The translations under genes were made by a program, and so were the position numbers. The notes under the pieces were generated by a model that ran no database searches, was not told the origin of the DNA, and saw nothing but the letters and a program-made list of their open reading frames with translations. Below, piece after piece: positions 8,877 to 19,125 of a stretch of DNA of 64,000 nt (position 1 is its first letter; every line of letters starts with the position of its first letter). Source of the DNA: a virus; the IMG/VR virus record IMGVR_UViG_3300045988_118801, positions 1 to 64,000 of that record; one strand, given 5' to 3'.

Positions 8877-10046
8877 ATGGCAAAATTCGATATTAAAAAC
8901 AGCATGTACGCACAATTCTATTCGGATGCTACAATGCTGCGTACTTACATAAACGAAGATGCTCTTTTGCGCACCAATTTCGGTTTTTGGAGAAGTCAGT
9001 TTGAAATCAATCCTGAAACTACTCCTACCGATGAAAAGGGCGTAGCGGCTTATCATGTTGAGGAGGTTATTGAAACCATCGCTCCGATGGCAGAAGTACG
9101 TGCTCCGCTTGGTCGTTCTAAGGCTATTGACCGTGAAGGAACAGCGTGGAGAACTGGTACTGTTCCTGACTTGATTTCTTTCGGTTACTACGAAAACGCT
9201 TTTGAAAGAAGCTATGAAAATGACATCTTAGACCAGTACGGTCGTGACAAGGCACTTATTATGCAGTGGACTAAACAAGTTCAGAAGCAGGTGGATTCAC
9301 TGAATCAGGCTTTGTCAAACATGTCTGCACAGTTGTTGTCTACCGGTAAGATTGACTATACAAACGGTCGTGGTCTGAAATACTACCATGACATGCAGTT
9401 GCCTAAAGAAAATATTCAGAAGGCAGGTATAGGTGCTTGGGCTACCAAGTCTACAAAGATTTTAGACCAAATGGCTAAGATTGAGAATGACTTCCGCATG
9501 AAAACTGGTTTTGAAGGTGCTATGAAATGGCAGATTCCTTACGATATGTGGATGAATACATTCCTGACTAACGAGCAGGTAATTGAATGGGTTAAATTTT
9601 CTAAGGCACTTGTCGGTATTGTTGTTCCTGAAACATCTATCGTAACACATGACGAAGCAAATATTGCTATCGCTAAGTACGGTAAGATTTCACCTATTGA
9701 AATTATCGTTGAAAAACAGAACAACTTCTCCACAATGGTTAGTGGATGGAAGAGCAATATGGCTGTATTGCGTCCTGCGGGATATGCGGGTTACATCATG
9801 CACACAGATATTCTTGACAAGAAAATGCACGACAGAGCAGGTGCTAAATCTGTATCTAAGGTGTTTGCTCCTGTTGGTGAAGGCGGTTTGTTTACATTGA
9901 TTAACATTAACCGTGACAACGGTGACTATCAAGAATGGTCTACTGAAACAGTTGTTTCTGCTGCTCCTACATTGACAGAATTTACAAAACACATTCTTGT
10001 CAAGACAGACGAGGCAGGTGAAGGAACTGCAACTTTGGATGATTAA
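8877..10046 (+). CDS. putative major capsid protein
   Basis: 389 aa, in lambda-like order (scaffold, small head protein, capsid). Strong GGAGG 8 nt upstream of the ATG. Confidence 0.55.
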   Translation: MAKFDIKNSMYAQFYSDATMLRTYINEDALLRTNFGFWRSQFEINPETTPTDEKGVAAYHVEEVIETIAPMAEVRAPLGRSKAIDREGTAWRTGTVPDLISFGYYENAFERSYENDILDQYGRDKALIMQWTKQVQKQVDSLNQALSNMSAQLLSTGKIDYTNGRGLKYYHDMQLPKENIQKAGIGAWATKSTKILDQMAKIENDFRMKTGFEGAMKWQIPYDMWMNTFLTNEQVIEWVKFSKALVGIVVPETSIVTHDEANIAIAKYGKISPIEIIVEKQNNFSTMVSGWKSNMAVLRPAGYAGYIMHTDILDKKMHDRAGAKSVSKVFAPVGEGGLFTLININRDNGDYQEWSTETVVSAAPTLTEFTKHILVKTDEAGEGTATLDD

Positions 10047-10062
10047 ATTAGGGTAATGTATT

Positions 10063-10419
10063 ATGGTGCAGTTTGATATTATAGAATATATTTCCACATT
10101 GGCTGGTAATTTTGTGATGGATGCCTCGCTGTGCAAACGTATTGCAATGGAAAGGGGTGTACTTGACGTAACGGATTTTTCTCAGATTGAACAGAAACAG
10201 AAAGATTTGCTGTTAGCTGATGTTTTGTTAGCCATGTATCTTTCCCCAAATTCTTCTTCTAGTATAACACAGCAGCATGGGGCTTATTCAAAGACAGTAG
10301 GTAGTCAGACGATTAATGACAAGAAAGGTATCTATAATATGATGATTGCATTATATAGAAAATGGGATGATGAGAAACTGAGCAGTGTCGAAGAGGGCAC
10401 TGTTCAGTGGCTTGAATAA
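10063..10419 (+). CDS. putative head-tail connector/adaptor
   Basis: Small ORF directly after the capsid gene. Call is by synteny only. Confidence 0.35.
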   Translation: MVQFDIIEYISTLAGNFVMDASLCKRIAMERGVLDVTDFSQIEQKQKDLLLADVLLAMYLSPNSSSSITQQHGAYSKTVGSQTINDKKGIYNMMIALYRKWDDEKLSSVEEGTVQWLE

Positions 10420-10439
10420 TATATATAAAATGTAGCTTT

Positions 10440-10784
10440 ATGATTGAAGATAAGAACCTTATAGAAGAATATCCGTTTAAAGGTGCTTTCTACCGTTTGG
10501 AGAAAGATATGAGCAAGCCGCCTTCTCAGCAAAAACTGGAAGAGATACTTGTCTTTGAAACCAAGTGCGACATTCAGGAAGCACAAAAGAGTGATTCTTC
10601 GGGGGTGTTCGCTTCTACATACAATGTATATTTCCCTTTTGACAAGGAGAAAGGTGTTGGTGTAGAGAAAGGGATGGTGTTCAAGGGTTCTTTCTACGGT
10701 GTTAAGGTTGAGGGAGAGATATTCGGGCTTTTCCCTACACAACTTGGTGGTTGTGCGGTTTATTTAAAAGACAGAAAGGTATGA
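10440..10784 (+). CDS. putative head-closure/head-tail joining protein
   Basis: Synteny only. Confidence 0.3.
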   Translation: MIEDKNLIEEYPFKGAFYRLEKDMSKPPSQQKLEEILVFETKCDIQEAQKSDSSGVFASTYNVYFPFDKEKGVGVEKGMVFKGSFYGVKVEGEIFGLFPTQLGGCAVYLKDRKV

Positions 10785-11236
10785 GCAATTTCAAGGACAA
10801 ATACATACAGAAATATGCCGAGAAACTGGCAGAAGATGGAAGAAAGCTGATAAACAAAGCTTTTCTCACCGCAGACTTCAAAAAGGACAAGACACAGAAC
10901 TTGCACGATTCATACGGATGTGCGGTGTATTACAACAGAAGGCTGGTATTCGGTACTAAAAGATTGTTGTCACCACGTGCAAATGAGCCTAGATATAACA
11001 AGTATTCAGGTCAGAACGAGTACGGATATAACGAGATAAATGACTTTCTTGATTCGTATAAACCCGCTTCTGACGGACTTGTGCTTGTAATAGCAGTAGC
11101 AATGTTCTATGGAGAGATACTTGAAAAAAAGAAGGGTAATCTAAAGAGAAAATACAAGGTTATTTCGGGTGTAAGTTCTGATATAAAAGCTTTGGCAGAT
11201 AAATATAAAGGTACGGTAAGAGATATAAATTTGTGA
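10781..11236 (+). CDS. putative tail-completion/neck protein
   Basis: ATG at 10781 overlaps the upstream TGA (ATGA). Call is by synteny only. Confidence 0.3.
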   Translation: MSNFKDKYIQKYAEKLAEDGRKLINKAFLTADFKKDKTQNLHDSYGCAVYYNRRLVFGTKRLLSPRANEPRYNKYSGQNEYGYNEINDFLDSYKPASDGLVLVIAVAMFYGEILEKKKGNLKRKYKVISGVSSDIKALADKYKGTVRDINL

Positions 11237-11622
11237 TTATGATAAAGGATAGTCTTGAAATACAGAATGTGTACGATTTCTTTCACGGTCTTTTCTATGG
11301 AGAAGATAAGCTGACGCTGAACTTATATTTTGACCGTTTACCTGACGGTATAGAGAGGGAATTGAATGAAATGGTTCTCGTTGACATATCGGATGCCATT
11401 CAGGATTTAGGAGGCTGTGGAAAAGCTACGATAGCGGTATATTGCTATGCAGTACCCGATGGGGAAGTCAGTCTTGGCGATATAGATAGGAAACTTTCCC
11501 AGCTTATAAAAAGCTACAAAAGCGAACATTATTTCATTGCAAGGGATAAGACGTACCCTGACTATGACTACGAAAGATGTATGGATTGTCACGTTACCTT
11601 GTTGAATTTATTGATTGTTTAA
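11233..11622 (+). CDS. putative neck/tail terminator protein
   Basis: GTGA overlap with the upstream stop. Call is by synteny only. Confidence 0.3.
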   Translation: MIMIKDSLEIQNVYDFFHGLFYGEDKLTLNLYFDRLPDGIERELNEMVLVDISDAIQDLGGCGKATIAVYCYAVPDGEVSLGDIDRKLSQLIKSYKSEHYFIARDKTYPDYDYERCMDCHVTLLNLLIV

Positions 11623-11644
11623 ACTTTAAAAAACAGATATAATT

Positions 11645-12223
11645 ATGGCAATAACAAACAATGCTCTTGATAAAAACAAGATTATGCTTTACGGATTGAC
11701 TGAGTTGAAGCTTATTCCGTATGAAGGTGATGCTTTGGGCGAAAAGTCTTTTACATTTGACACTCTGCTTGCGGATAGTGTTTCCTTGCAGCAGGATGAA
11801 AATACAACCAACCAGAGAGATAGCGAAACCAAGTCTGAGCCTGCTATCAAAAACGTAGTATTGGGTTCTTGGCAGTTTGCTGCTACTTCGTTGGATTTGC
11901 AGGGTGAAATCCTTGCTAACTTCGGTGGATGGGTCGCTGGTAATACCGATACCGATGTATATCTTGCACCTTCCGCTTATAAGACACTTTACGCTATGGC
12001 TATCATGAAATTTGGTTCTAGCGACATGTGTGTCGTTTGTCCAAAGATTCAGATTGATGCCCGTGCCGTACTTGCGTCTTTGAAAACAAGTTCAGGTGAA
12101 TGTGCTATCTCAGGTACAGCCGTTGAAGGTGAATTGACTGTTGACAGCGGGAAGAAGAAAGCTACTGTTGCTTTTGTTCCTGCTGGAAAGCTTGAAACAG
12201 TTATTCCTGAATTGGGTGTTTAA
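11645..12223 (+). CDS. putative major tail protein
   Basis: 192 aa, immediately upstream of the chaperone pair and tape measure. Followed by an intrinsic terminator. Confidence 0.45.
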   Translation: MAITNNALDKNKIMLYGLTELKLIPYEGDALGEKSFTFDTLLADSVSLQQDENTTNQRDSETKSEPAIKNVVLGSWQFAATSLDLQGEILANFGGWVAGNTDTDVYLAPSAYKTLYAMAIMKFGSSDMCVVCPKIQIDARAVLASLKTSSGECAISGTAVEGELTVDSGKKKATVAFVPAGKLETVIPELGV

Positions 12224-12256
12224 TAATTTGAGGGTAAGAAAAACTCTATAAAAAGG

Positions 12257-12291
12257 AAAGGGTGGTGGTAGTTTTGCCACTGCCCTTTTTG
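12257..12291 (+). terminator. intrinsic terminator/attenuator after the major tail gene
   Basis: GGGTGGTGG (12260-12268) pairs with CCACTGCCC (12277-12285), including 2 G-U pairs, then TTTTT. Confidence 0.55.
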
Positions 12292-12313
12292 GTTATAAAA
12301 AGGTATATGAATT

Positions 12314-12841
12314 ATGGCTACAAGAAGAAAGAAAGAAATAAAGGAAGTATCATTGGAAGCAATGGAAAGACTTGCTCAGATTATGAACGACAGTCCTACT
12401 ATTGCTAAAATGGGGAAAACAGAGTTCCCTATTACAGCTTTAAAGCCAGGTACTCAATGGCTGATAGCGGAAGAATCGTGTAAGATACAAAAGGCAGAAA
12501 ACGGTAATATGGTTGATGTAATCAAGCAGTATTCGGTCAATTTGCCTTCTGTTATTCACGTAATAACATTAGCTATCCTTAACGATAAAGACCGTATTTT
12601 CAGCGATTACAAACGTAAAATATACAGTGAGGAATACGAAGCTGTACGTGACACGATAATGTGGAGTACCAATCAGAAATACTGGATAGGTCTTTTAGTA
12701 GAGATTATGAACATGCTTTCGATGGACTATTTTTTCGAGAGTACCAACGCTATAACAATGATAAGGGAGATGGCGTTGGGGATAAAGACGAGGATGGACG
12801 AACAGAAATCATTGTCAGCAGAACAGAATACGGACAAATGA
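12314..12841 (+). CDS. tail assembly chaperone (G-like)
   Basis: Located just before the tape measure. Overlapped by a -1 frame ORF, with a slippery heptamer inside. Confidence 0.6.
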   Translation: MATRRKKEIKEVSLEAMERLAQIMNDSPTIAKMGKTEFPITALKPGTQWLIAEESCKIQKAENGNMVDVIKQYSVNLPSVIHVITLAILNDKDRIFSDYKRKIYSEEYEAVRDTIMWSTNQKYWIGLLVEIMNMLSMDYFFESTNAITMIREMALGIKTRMDEQKSLSAEQNTDK

Positions 12842-13041
12842 TTGACTTCCTCAAAGCTAACCCTTATGTAACTAGAGAAGAATATCTTTGGGGATGGACT
12901 ATACCGCAGATAAGGCTTGCTTCTTACGACTTCACACATGTAAGATACCTTTCTGAAAAAGAAGCAGAGAATAAGAACGCACAATCCTTTGACAATCCCG
13001 AAGATTTGATGAAGGCTTTAGGTCTTAAACCTACGATTTAA
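12661..13041 (+). CDS. -1 frame extension of the tail chaperone (T part of a GT-like fusion); alternatively a 67-aa gene from ATG 12838
   Basis: The ORF is in the -1 frame relative to 12314-12841 and ends 12 nt before the tape measure start. Confidence 0.5.
   Translation: MEYQSEILDRSFSRDYEHAFDGLFFREYQRYNNDKGDGVGDKDEDGRTEIIVSRTEYGQMIDFLKANPYVTREEYLWGWTIPQIRLASYDFTHVRYLSEKEAENKNAQSFDNPEDLMKALGLKPTI
12730..12736 (+). promoter_or_regulatory. -1 programmed frameshift slippery heptamer T-TTT-TTC
   Basis: In the zero frame it reads taT TTT TTC. After a -1 slip the reading continues FFREYQRYNNDKGDG..., which is the 12661-13041 ORF. Confidence 0.6.
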
Positions 13042-13052
13042 AACTTATATAT

Positions 13053-16000
13053 ATGGCAGAAGATTTTGCAATAGGTAAAGAGTTGGAGATACCGAAATCG
13101 GTACTTGACAATATAGACAAGATAGACAAGAAGATTAACGACATATCTAAGGATTCTGAATTGATGGCACAGAAGTTTGGCTTGGCAATGACTAAAATGA
13201 CATCCAATTCCGACAGCTTGCTGAAGAAGTTGACCGAGATGCAGTCTAAGATAAATTCTATGGATATATCAAAGTTTGCACAAGGTGTTTCTAATGTAAG
13301 CAAAGGAACTGCCCAAATAGAACAATTCTCAAACGCAATCTCAAAAGCTGCTGCTGCTATCAATAAATACAACAACAGTCAGACTAAACATAAGTCTGTA
13401 ACAAGCGACAAGGAAATAGAACGGCTCAACAAGGAGATAGAGGCGTTAAAAAAGAAAACAGAACAATTAGAAAAATATAGAAAAAAACAGAAGCAAGTAA
13501 CCGAAAAACAAAGTAGTTCACGAGTTAATACAAAAGCTATTGATGCTTACAACCGAGCTATGGCAAGTTCAGAAGCTTTGGTTACTCAACGTATAAACAA
13601 AATAGCCAAGCTTCGTCAGGCAGAAGAAATGCTTTTAAAGACAGGCAAAGATTATTCTACAAACATATCTAAGATTCGTTCAGAGATAGAAAGACTGAAT
13701 AAACTAAATCAAGGTCAGGTAGATTCTTACGGTAAGATAATAAAGTCACATAAAAATCTGATGAATGCTTCTGACCAGTTAATGAGAAAGCTTGCTTTAA
13801 TTTTCTCTGTTTCTCAGATACAAGGCTATTTATTACAGATTAGAGATGTAACAGGTGAATTTGAAAAGCAGAATACTGCACTTGCTTCTATCTTACAGAA
13901 TAAGGATAAAGCCGATAAACTATTCGGACAGATTACAGAATTGGCGGTCAAGTCGCCTTTCACATTGAAGGAATTGATTGCTTATACCAAATCATTGTCT
14001 GCTTATCAAGTGGAATACGAAAAGTTGTATGACACGACTAAAATGCTTGCTGATGTATCATCAGGTCTTGGTGTAGATATGCAACGATTGATTTTGGCTT
14101 TCGGGCAGGTTAAGGCAAGTAATTTTTTGAGAGGTACTGAGGTAAGACAATTCACTGAGGCTGGCTTTAATGTTTTAGGGGAACTTGCTAAGTATTATTC
14201 TGAACTAGAAGGCAGAATGATTTCTGTTGGAGAGGTCCAAGAGCGTGTCACTAAAAGAATGGTAGCTTTCGGAGATGTAGAAGAAATATTCAAACGTGTG
14301 ACATCGGCAGGTGGAATATTCTACAATATGCAGGAAAAGCAATCCGAAACTATAGCTGGTCTTGTATCAAACTTGCGTGATAGTATTGACTTGATGTTGA
14401 ACGATATAGGTAGTGCAAATAGTGGAACTATAAAGCAAATAATAGTTTTTGTCCGCTCTCTTTATGAGAATTGGAGAGAAGTTGCGTGGTATATAGAAAA
14501 AGCTGTGGCTGTTTTAGGCGTTTGGAAAACTACTTCACTTTTGGTTTCAATAGGGAACTCAAATTTGGTAAAAACTCTCTTTAATGTAGCAGACGTTTCC
14601 TTACAGACAGCACAAAATATGAGCAGAATGGGAAAAGTTATGAATGGAGTAAAATCTGCCGCAAGAGGGTTGCTTACAGGTGGAGTACTTTTACTTGTTC
14701 CTTTGCTTTTTGATTTATATAGACAAGCAACTAAAACTTCAAGAGAATTAGAAAGATTGTCTGAAACATTAGGAAAACTCGTCAATACAGATGCTGGAAA
14801 CTTAGATTCTTTAATATCTTCTCTGGATGATTTGATAGCTAGAATGAAATTATCTAACGAGGGTAGCCAAGAAAGAAGAGATATAATATCTTCCTTGAAT
14901 AATAACTATGGGGAATATTTAGATTTTGTTGTTGACGAAACAACTTCTATAAAAGACCTTACTGATGCTTACGATGGGGTTATTAAAAAAATGAAAGAAA
15001 AGGCTGCTTTGTCAACTTTAGAAAAAGGCTATCAAGAAATATCTAATTTCTATGAAGAAAATCTTACAGATGCAAGGGAAACCTTTGAAAAAGAGCTTTC
15101 ACGTGGCTTGAGCACTGATTTAGGCTTTGGCGGATTTAAAAAGGCTATTAAACCGACTAAAGATGAATTGAACGACTTGTTTAATATATTACAAAATAGG
15201 ATAAGAGAAACCGACAGCGACTTGTTGCAAACCTCAAGACAGCAAAGAAATCTATTGCAGGATATAGTTAAAGAATATTATGGAAGTAACGTTACCTTAT
15301 CACAAGATTATTTGAAAACAATACCTATAATAGATTTGTTCTTGAATAAGAAGGAAAAAGAAGAGGAGTTGCAAAATAATATTAATAGCGCATATAAAGA
15401 AACTCTTAAAAGCAAAGAAGCTAATATTGCATTATCAAAAAGAGAAGCTCAATTAGAAGTTGAAAAGCAGAATATTTCAAACACCCCATTATCTCCGTTT
15501 GAAACAAAAAAGAAACTACAAGAAGCGGTAGAAAAATTTGAATTAGATAAAATAGACATCAAATTTAAGTTTGGGGAAATATCAGAAGCCGAAGCTAAAA
15601 GACAAAAAGATAAGATTATAAACTGGGCTGATGCAACTGTAAGGGATGTGAACGATAGATTGCGAAAAGAATTATCGGGATATTCTGAAGAAGATTTATC
15701 TAAAGTTTTAATAGATAGAGAAGAACAAGCCACTGGATTAACTGCTATTCAAAAAACGGTTAAACAGAATTGGGAAACGCAAGTTGCTACTATTAAACAG
15801 CTAACTGGTCTTAAAAATAAAAACATATCAATAGATGAGGAGCTTTTAGCTAACGCTCAGAAGATGAAGGTTATGTATGAAAAAAAGGCTGATATATTGG
15901 ATGTAGAATTAGAAAACAAAAAAGAGTCCGAAAAAAGAGATAACTCGGCACTCCAACGCCTTAAAGACCAAATAGCATTAATCAAGAAAGCTGGGGATGA

Positions 16001-18245
16001 ATACAAGAAGCTAAGACAATATTACAGCGAAGAAGATGCTGCCAAGCAGGTACGTGAATCATTTGCTGACGCTTTCAGTAATTTATCTCTTGATGTGTCA
16101 ATGTCTTTCGATACCGAAGGAGTGATAAACGGAATAAAGAATCTTCAATATCAAACTATTGAAGGCGGTAAAAAGGCTGTCGATGAAGCCTTAGCACCTC
16201 TGAAATCCGAACAGAATATCAAAGTTAAAGCAGAAGGTCTTGAAGAAATACAAAAAAAGATTGATGATATTTTCTCAAACTATGAGTTTAACCTCGAACT
16301 TCAATCAGCAGGAATAGATGCAGGTGCTTTCAAGAATATGCTTCAAGATTTAGGAGCAACTGATGAAGAAATATCTATGGTTGGTCTTGACGCTACTACA
16401 TTTGAAGAAGTTGCCGAAAAGGTAAGAAAGGTTATATCTGACTTACAGAAACAAGGCGGTGACGACCAAATAAAGCAAGCTAGAAAGATTCAAGAGCAGC
16501 TTACGGCTTTAGAGGTAAAAGAAGCAAGAAAAAGATTTGATGAACTTGCCAAACTGAGAGAAAAATATCAGAGCAATCAAGAAAAGATGCAGACGGTTCA
16601 GAAAAATCTGTTTGCTGATAAAGACGCTTTGGCTTTGTTGGAAGAGCAGAAGTCTATGGGTATTGCTGTAAACAAGGAACAAGAGGAGCTTCTTAAACTC
16701 AGAATACAAGCAGGAGAAGATGCTTTGTTACAACTGAAAAGCGAAGCATTGCAGCTTACTGACTTTTGGCAAAGACTATTCGGTGACTTGAATGATATAA
16801 GCGTAAATTCATTGCTTGAACTGTCTAGGATAACCGATGAAATTATCACCAACAGAACGGAAATAAAAGGCGATAGCGGTCAGATAAAAGGATATTCTTC
16901 ATCTTATACGGATAAGGATGGAATAACCAAGCATGTAACACTTACAAAACAGCAATATCAGCAATTACTGAAACAGAACAATCAGGTTGCTGATGAGATA
17001 CAGAAGAAGAATCCTTTCCGTGCGTTGTATGAAGCCATACTGAAAGGTAAACAGGAAGGAGAAACGCAGCTAGACTATTATACTAGACTTGAAAGTATCA
17101 TAAACAGTGTGTCTGATGCAGCGTTTGGAGCAGCTGAAAACCTTATGGATATATTCGGTGCAAATGACGAAGCAAAGGAAATGCTCAATAACATCAAAGG
17201 TATAGCTGACGGTGCTGTAAGTTTGGGAATGGGTGTAGGACGTATAGCGTCAGGAGATATTATAGGCGGTGGCTTGCAAGCTATAAGCGGTGTGGCAAGT
17301 GTAGTTAAGTCAATAGTAAATATCCACGACAACAAACGAGAAAAGGATATTCAGCGTCAGATAGATTTGATAGAAGAGTTGCAGCGTTCTTATGAGAAGT
17401 TGCAGGAAGCTATCGAAGGTGCATATTCTATCAACACATACAAGGCTTCATACGAACAGTCAGTTGCTAACTTGGAAGCACAGAACGAAGCTTTGAGAAA
17501 TGCAATAGCGGCAGAACAAGACAAGAAGAAAACTGACGATGATAGAATAAAGGAATGGCAGAATCAGATACAAGACAATCTTGACGCTATAAAAGAATTG
17601 GAAGAACAGTTTATAGCCGACTTAGGTGGATTCGGAAGTGACGCAAATGTCAAGTCTGCTGCACAAGAATTTGCTGATGCTTGGCTTGAAGCCTACATGG
17701 AAACTGGTGATGGTCTTGATGCTCTTAGCGACAAATGGGATGAGTACATTCAGAATGTAGTCGCAAAACAGTTAATGCTGAAAGGTACTGAAAAGTATTT
17801 GAAGCCTGTCATGGATATGCTTGACGGCATGTTGCAGGATTCAGTATTCACACCGAAAGAAGCGGAAGAGATACAGAACAAAATAGACCAAGTTATACCT
17901 CAGTTAAATGAGTTTTGGAAAGCGATAGCCGGAAGCTTTGATTTAGGTGCTGCGGACGAGGGTGATACGATGAGTGGATTGTCTAAATCTATAAGCGGTA
18001 TCACGGAAGAAACTGCTGATGCTTTGGCTGCTATAACTGAAAGTATAAGATATTTCAGTGCGGACACAAACGTCAAGGTTAGTGGAATATATAACTTCTT
18101 GTTAAATCCACCAGTAGAAAGTCCTTTGTTTGCCGAAATGAAAATGCAGACCGAACATCTGAGATTAATGTATAGTCTTTGGAACTCAATGTCTAAATCA
18201 AAGTCAGGAGTTCAAGGACGTGTATTGAAAGTAGAAGTAGTGTGA
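13053..18245 (+). CDS. tape measure protein
   Basis: 1730 aa with extensive coiled-coil sequence and hydrophobic central segments (LLTGGVLLLVPLLF). Follows the chaperone pair. Confidence 0.85.
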   Translation: MAEDFAIGKELEIPKSVLDNIDKIDKKINDISKDSELMAQKFGLAMTKMTSNSDSLLKKLTEMQSKINSMDISKFAQGVSNVSKGTAQIEQFSNAISKAAAAINKYNNSQTKHKSVTSDKEIERLNKEIEALKKKTEQLEKYRKKQKQVTEKQSSSRVNTKAIDAYNRAMASSEALVTQRINKIAKLRQAEEMLLKTGKDYSTNISKIRSEIERLNKLNQGQVDSYGKIIKSHKNLMNASDQLMRKLALIFSVSQIQGYLLQIRDVTGEFEKQNTALASILQNKDKADKLFGQITELAVKSPFTLKELIAYTKSLSAYQVEYEKLYDTTKMLADVSSGLGVDMQRLILAFGQVKASNFLRGTEVRQFTEAGFNVLGELAKYYSELEGRMISVGEVQERVTKRMVAFGDVEEIFKRVTSAGGIFYNMQEKQSETIAGLVSNLRDSIDLMLNDIGSANSGTIKQIIVFVRSLYENWREVAWYIEKAVAVLGVWKTTSLLVSIGNSNLVKTLFNVADVSLQTAQNMSRMGKVMNGVKSAARGLLTGGVLLLVPLLFDLYRQATKTSRELERLSETLGKLVNTDAGNLDSLISSLDDLIARMKLSNEGSQERRDIISSLNNNYGEYLDFVVDETTSIKDLTDAYDGVIKKMKEKAALSTLEKGYQEISNFYEENLTDARETFEKELSRGLSTDLGFGGFKKAIKPTKDELNDLFNILQNRIRETDSDLLQTSRQQRNLLQDIVKEYYGSNVTLSQDYLKTIPIIDLFLNKKEKEEELQNNINSAYKETLKSKEANIALSKREAQLEVEKQNISNTPLSPFETKKKLQEAVEKFELDKIDIKFKFGEISEAEAKRQKDKIINWADATVRDVNDRLRKELSGYSEEDLSKVLIDREEQATGLTAIQKTVKQNWETQVATIKQLTGLKNKNISIDEELLANAQKMKVMYEKKADILDVELENKKESEKRDNSALQRLKDQIALIKKAGDEYKKLRQYYSEEDAAKQVRESFADAFSNLSLDVSMSFDTEGVINGIKNLQYQTIEGGKKAVDEALAPLKSEQNIKVKAEGLEEIQKKIDDIFSNYEFNLELQSAGIDAGAFKNMLQDLGATDEEISMVGLDATTFEEVAEKVRKVISDLQKQGGDDQIKQARKIQEQLTALEVKEARKRFDELAKLREKYQSNQEKMQTVQKNLFADKDALALLEEQKSMGIAVNKEQEELLKLRIQAGEDALLQLKSEALQLTDFWQRLFGDLNDISVNSLLELSRITDEIITNRTEIKGDSGQIKGYSSSYTDKDGITKHVTLTKQQYQQLLKQNNQVADEIQKKNPFRALYEAILKGKQEGETQLDYYTRLESIINSVSDAAFGAAENLMDIFGANDEAKEMLNNIKGIADGAVSLGMGVGRIASGDIIGGGLQAISGVASVVKSIVNIHDNKREKDIQRQIDLIEELQRSYEKLQEAIEGAYSINTYKASYEQSVANLEAQNEALRNAIAAEQDKKKTDDDRIKEWQNQIQDNLDAIKELEEQFIADLGGFGSDANVKSAAQEFADAWLEAYMETGDGLDALSDKWDEYIQNVVAKQLMLKGTEKYLKPVMDMLDGMLQDSVFTPKEAEEIQNKIDQVIPQLNEFWKAIAGSFDLGAADEGDTMSGLSKSISGITEETADALAAITESIRYFSADTNVKVSGIYNFLLNPPVESPLFAEMKMQTEHLRLMYSLWNSMSKSKSGVQGRVLKVEVV

Positions 18246-18272
18246 TTTCTTTTCATAATTCATATACAAACA

Positions 18273-18310
18273 AGTTAGCCACCCCGATTATGAGGTGGCT
18301 TTCTTTATTT
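18273..18310. terminator. bidirectional intrinsic terminator
   Basis: AGCCACC (18276-82) pairs with GGTGGCT (18293-99), with T-rich runs on both strands. Lies between convergent genes. Confidence 0.6.
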
Positions 18311-19028
18311 ATCTAATATTTGCATTTTTTATTTTCGCATAAATCTCTTTATCACTCATGTCAAGTATTTTAAAAGCATCAACCATACTTGCTATTTTGC
18401 CCTCAAAATAATCAAGTCTTTCTATTTCGGAGGCGTTCAAATAATTGCGTAGATTATCTGATTTTGATATTCCCTTTTCTACCCTAATTTGTTCTATTGA
18501 TTTGCCGAAAGCCTTCTTAACCGCCAGTTTGGTATAGTTGGAGTAAACAAAAGGCTTTTCAGTGCCAAGGTTGTTCTTTATTGCATCCGTCAAAGATTTT
18601 CGTATAACTTTAGCCTTATCCCTTGTGTTGCGCCAACTATTAAGCTCTTTCTCCATTTGATTGAATGCTTTAATATAGGCTTCTTTAAATGCAGCAGCTT
18701 TCTTTCCACGATACCCCATAACCAAGAATGTAAAACCGTCACGTGTCATAGTATAATACGGTAGTTTTCTGCCTGTTGGGTCTGTGTATTCACTGAGCTG
18801 AAAATTCAGCCGAGTAAATTCCTCACTGCAATCAAGGCTTCTGATGTCTTGCAATACATTCTTGTGCTGTTTACCGAAAATGTTTGCAATATTAAGGGAT
18901 GTTGTAAGTGGCACTGCTTTATAGAAGTCAGCTACACTTTTAATGATTTCAATGCCTTTTTCGTTGGCTGACGCTGAAATTTGCAAGCTATCGTTTGCAG
19001 ATTCAGAAATTTTATCTATCTTTGTCAT
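18309..19028 (-). CDS. Rha-family phage regulatory protein
   Basis: N-terminal FGKQHKNVLQDIRSL matches the Rha signature remembered as FGKRHDNVLRDI. Confidence 0.65.
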   Translation of the reverse strand: MTKIDKISESANDSLQISASANEKGIEIIKSVADFYKAVPLTTSLNIANIFGKQHKNVLQDIRSLDCSEEFTRLNFQLSEYTDPTGRKLPYYTMTRDGFTFLVMGYRGKKAAAFKEAYIKAFNQMEKELNSWRNTRDKAKVIRKSLTDAIKNNLGTEKPFVYSNYTKLAVKKAFGKSIEQIRVEKGISKSDNLRNYLNASEIERLDYFEGKIASMVDAFKILDMSDKEIYAKIKNANIR

Positions 19029-19050
19029 AAAGATTTTTTTGTGTTTGTCG

Positions 19051-19058
19051 CAAATATA
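19051..19058 (-). promoter_or_regulatory. candidate -7 box (TATATTTG on the minus strand)
   Basis: Its nearest edge (19051) is 23 nt upstream of the start at 19028. Confidence 0.4.
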
Positions 19059-19090
19059 GTAATTAAAGCGTTAATTGCAAAATATTTTGC

Positions 19091-19125
19091 GGAAAAGTTA
19101 GCCATGCCTTAGTTAAGGTGTGGCT
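19091..19125 (-). terminator. intrinsic terminator, near-copy of the 18273-18310 element
   Basis: The AGCCA...TGGCT hairpin overlaps the stop of 19113-19427 and is followed by CUUUUCC on the minus strand. It shares AGTTAGCCA...GGCTTTCTT with the 18.27-kb terminator. Confidence 0.45.
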
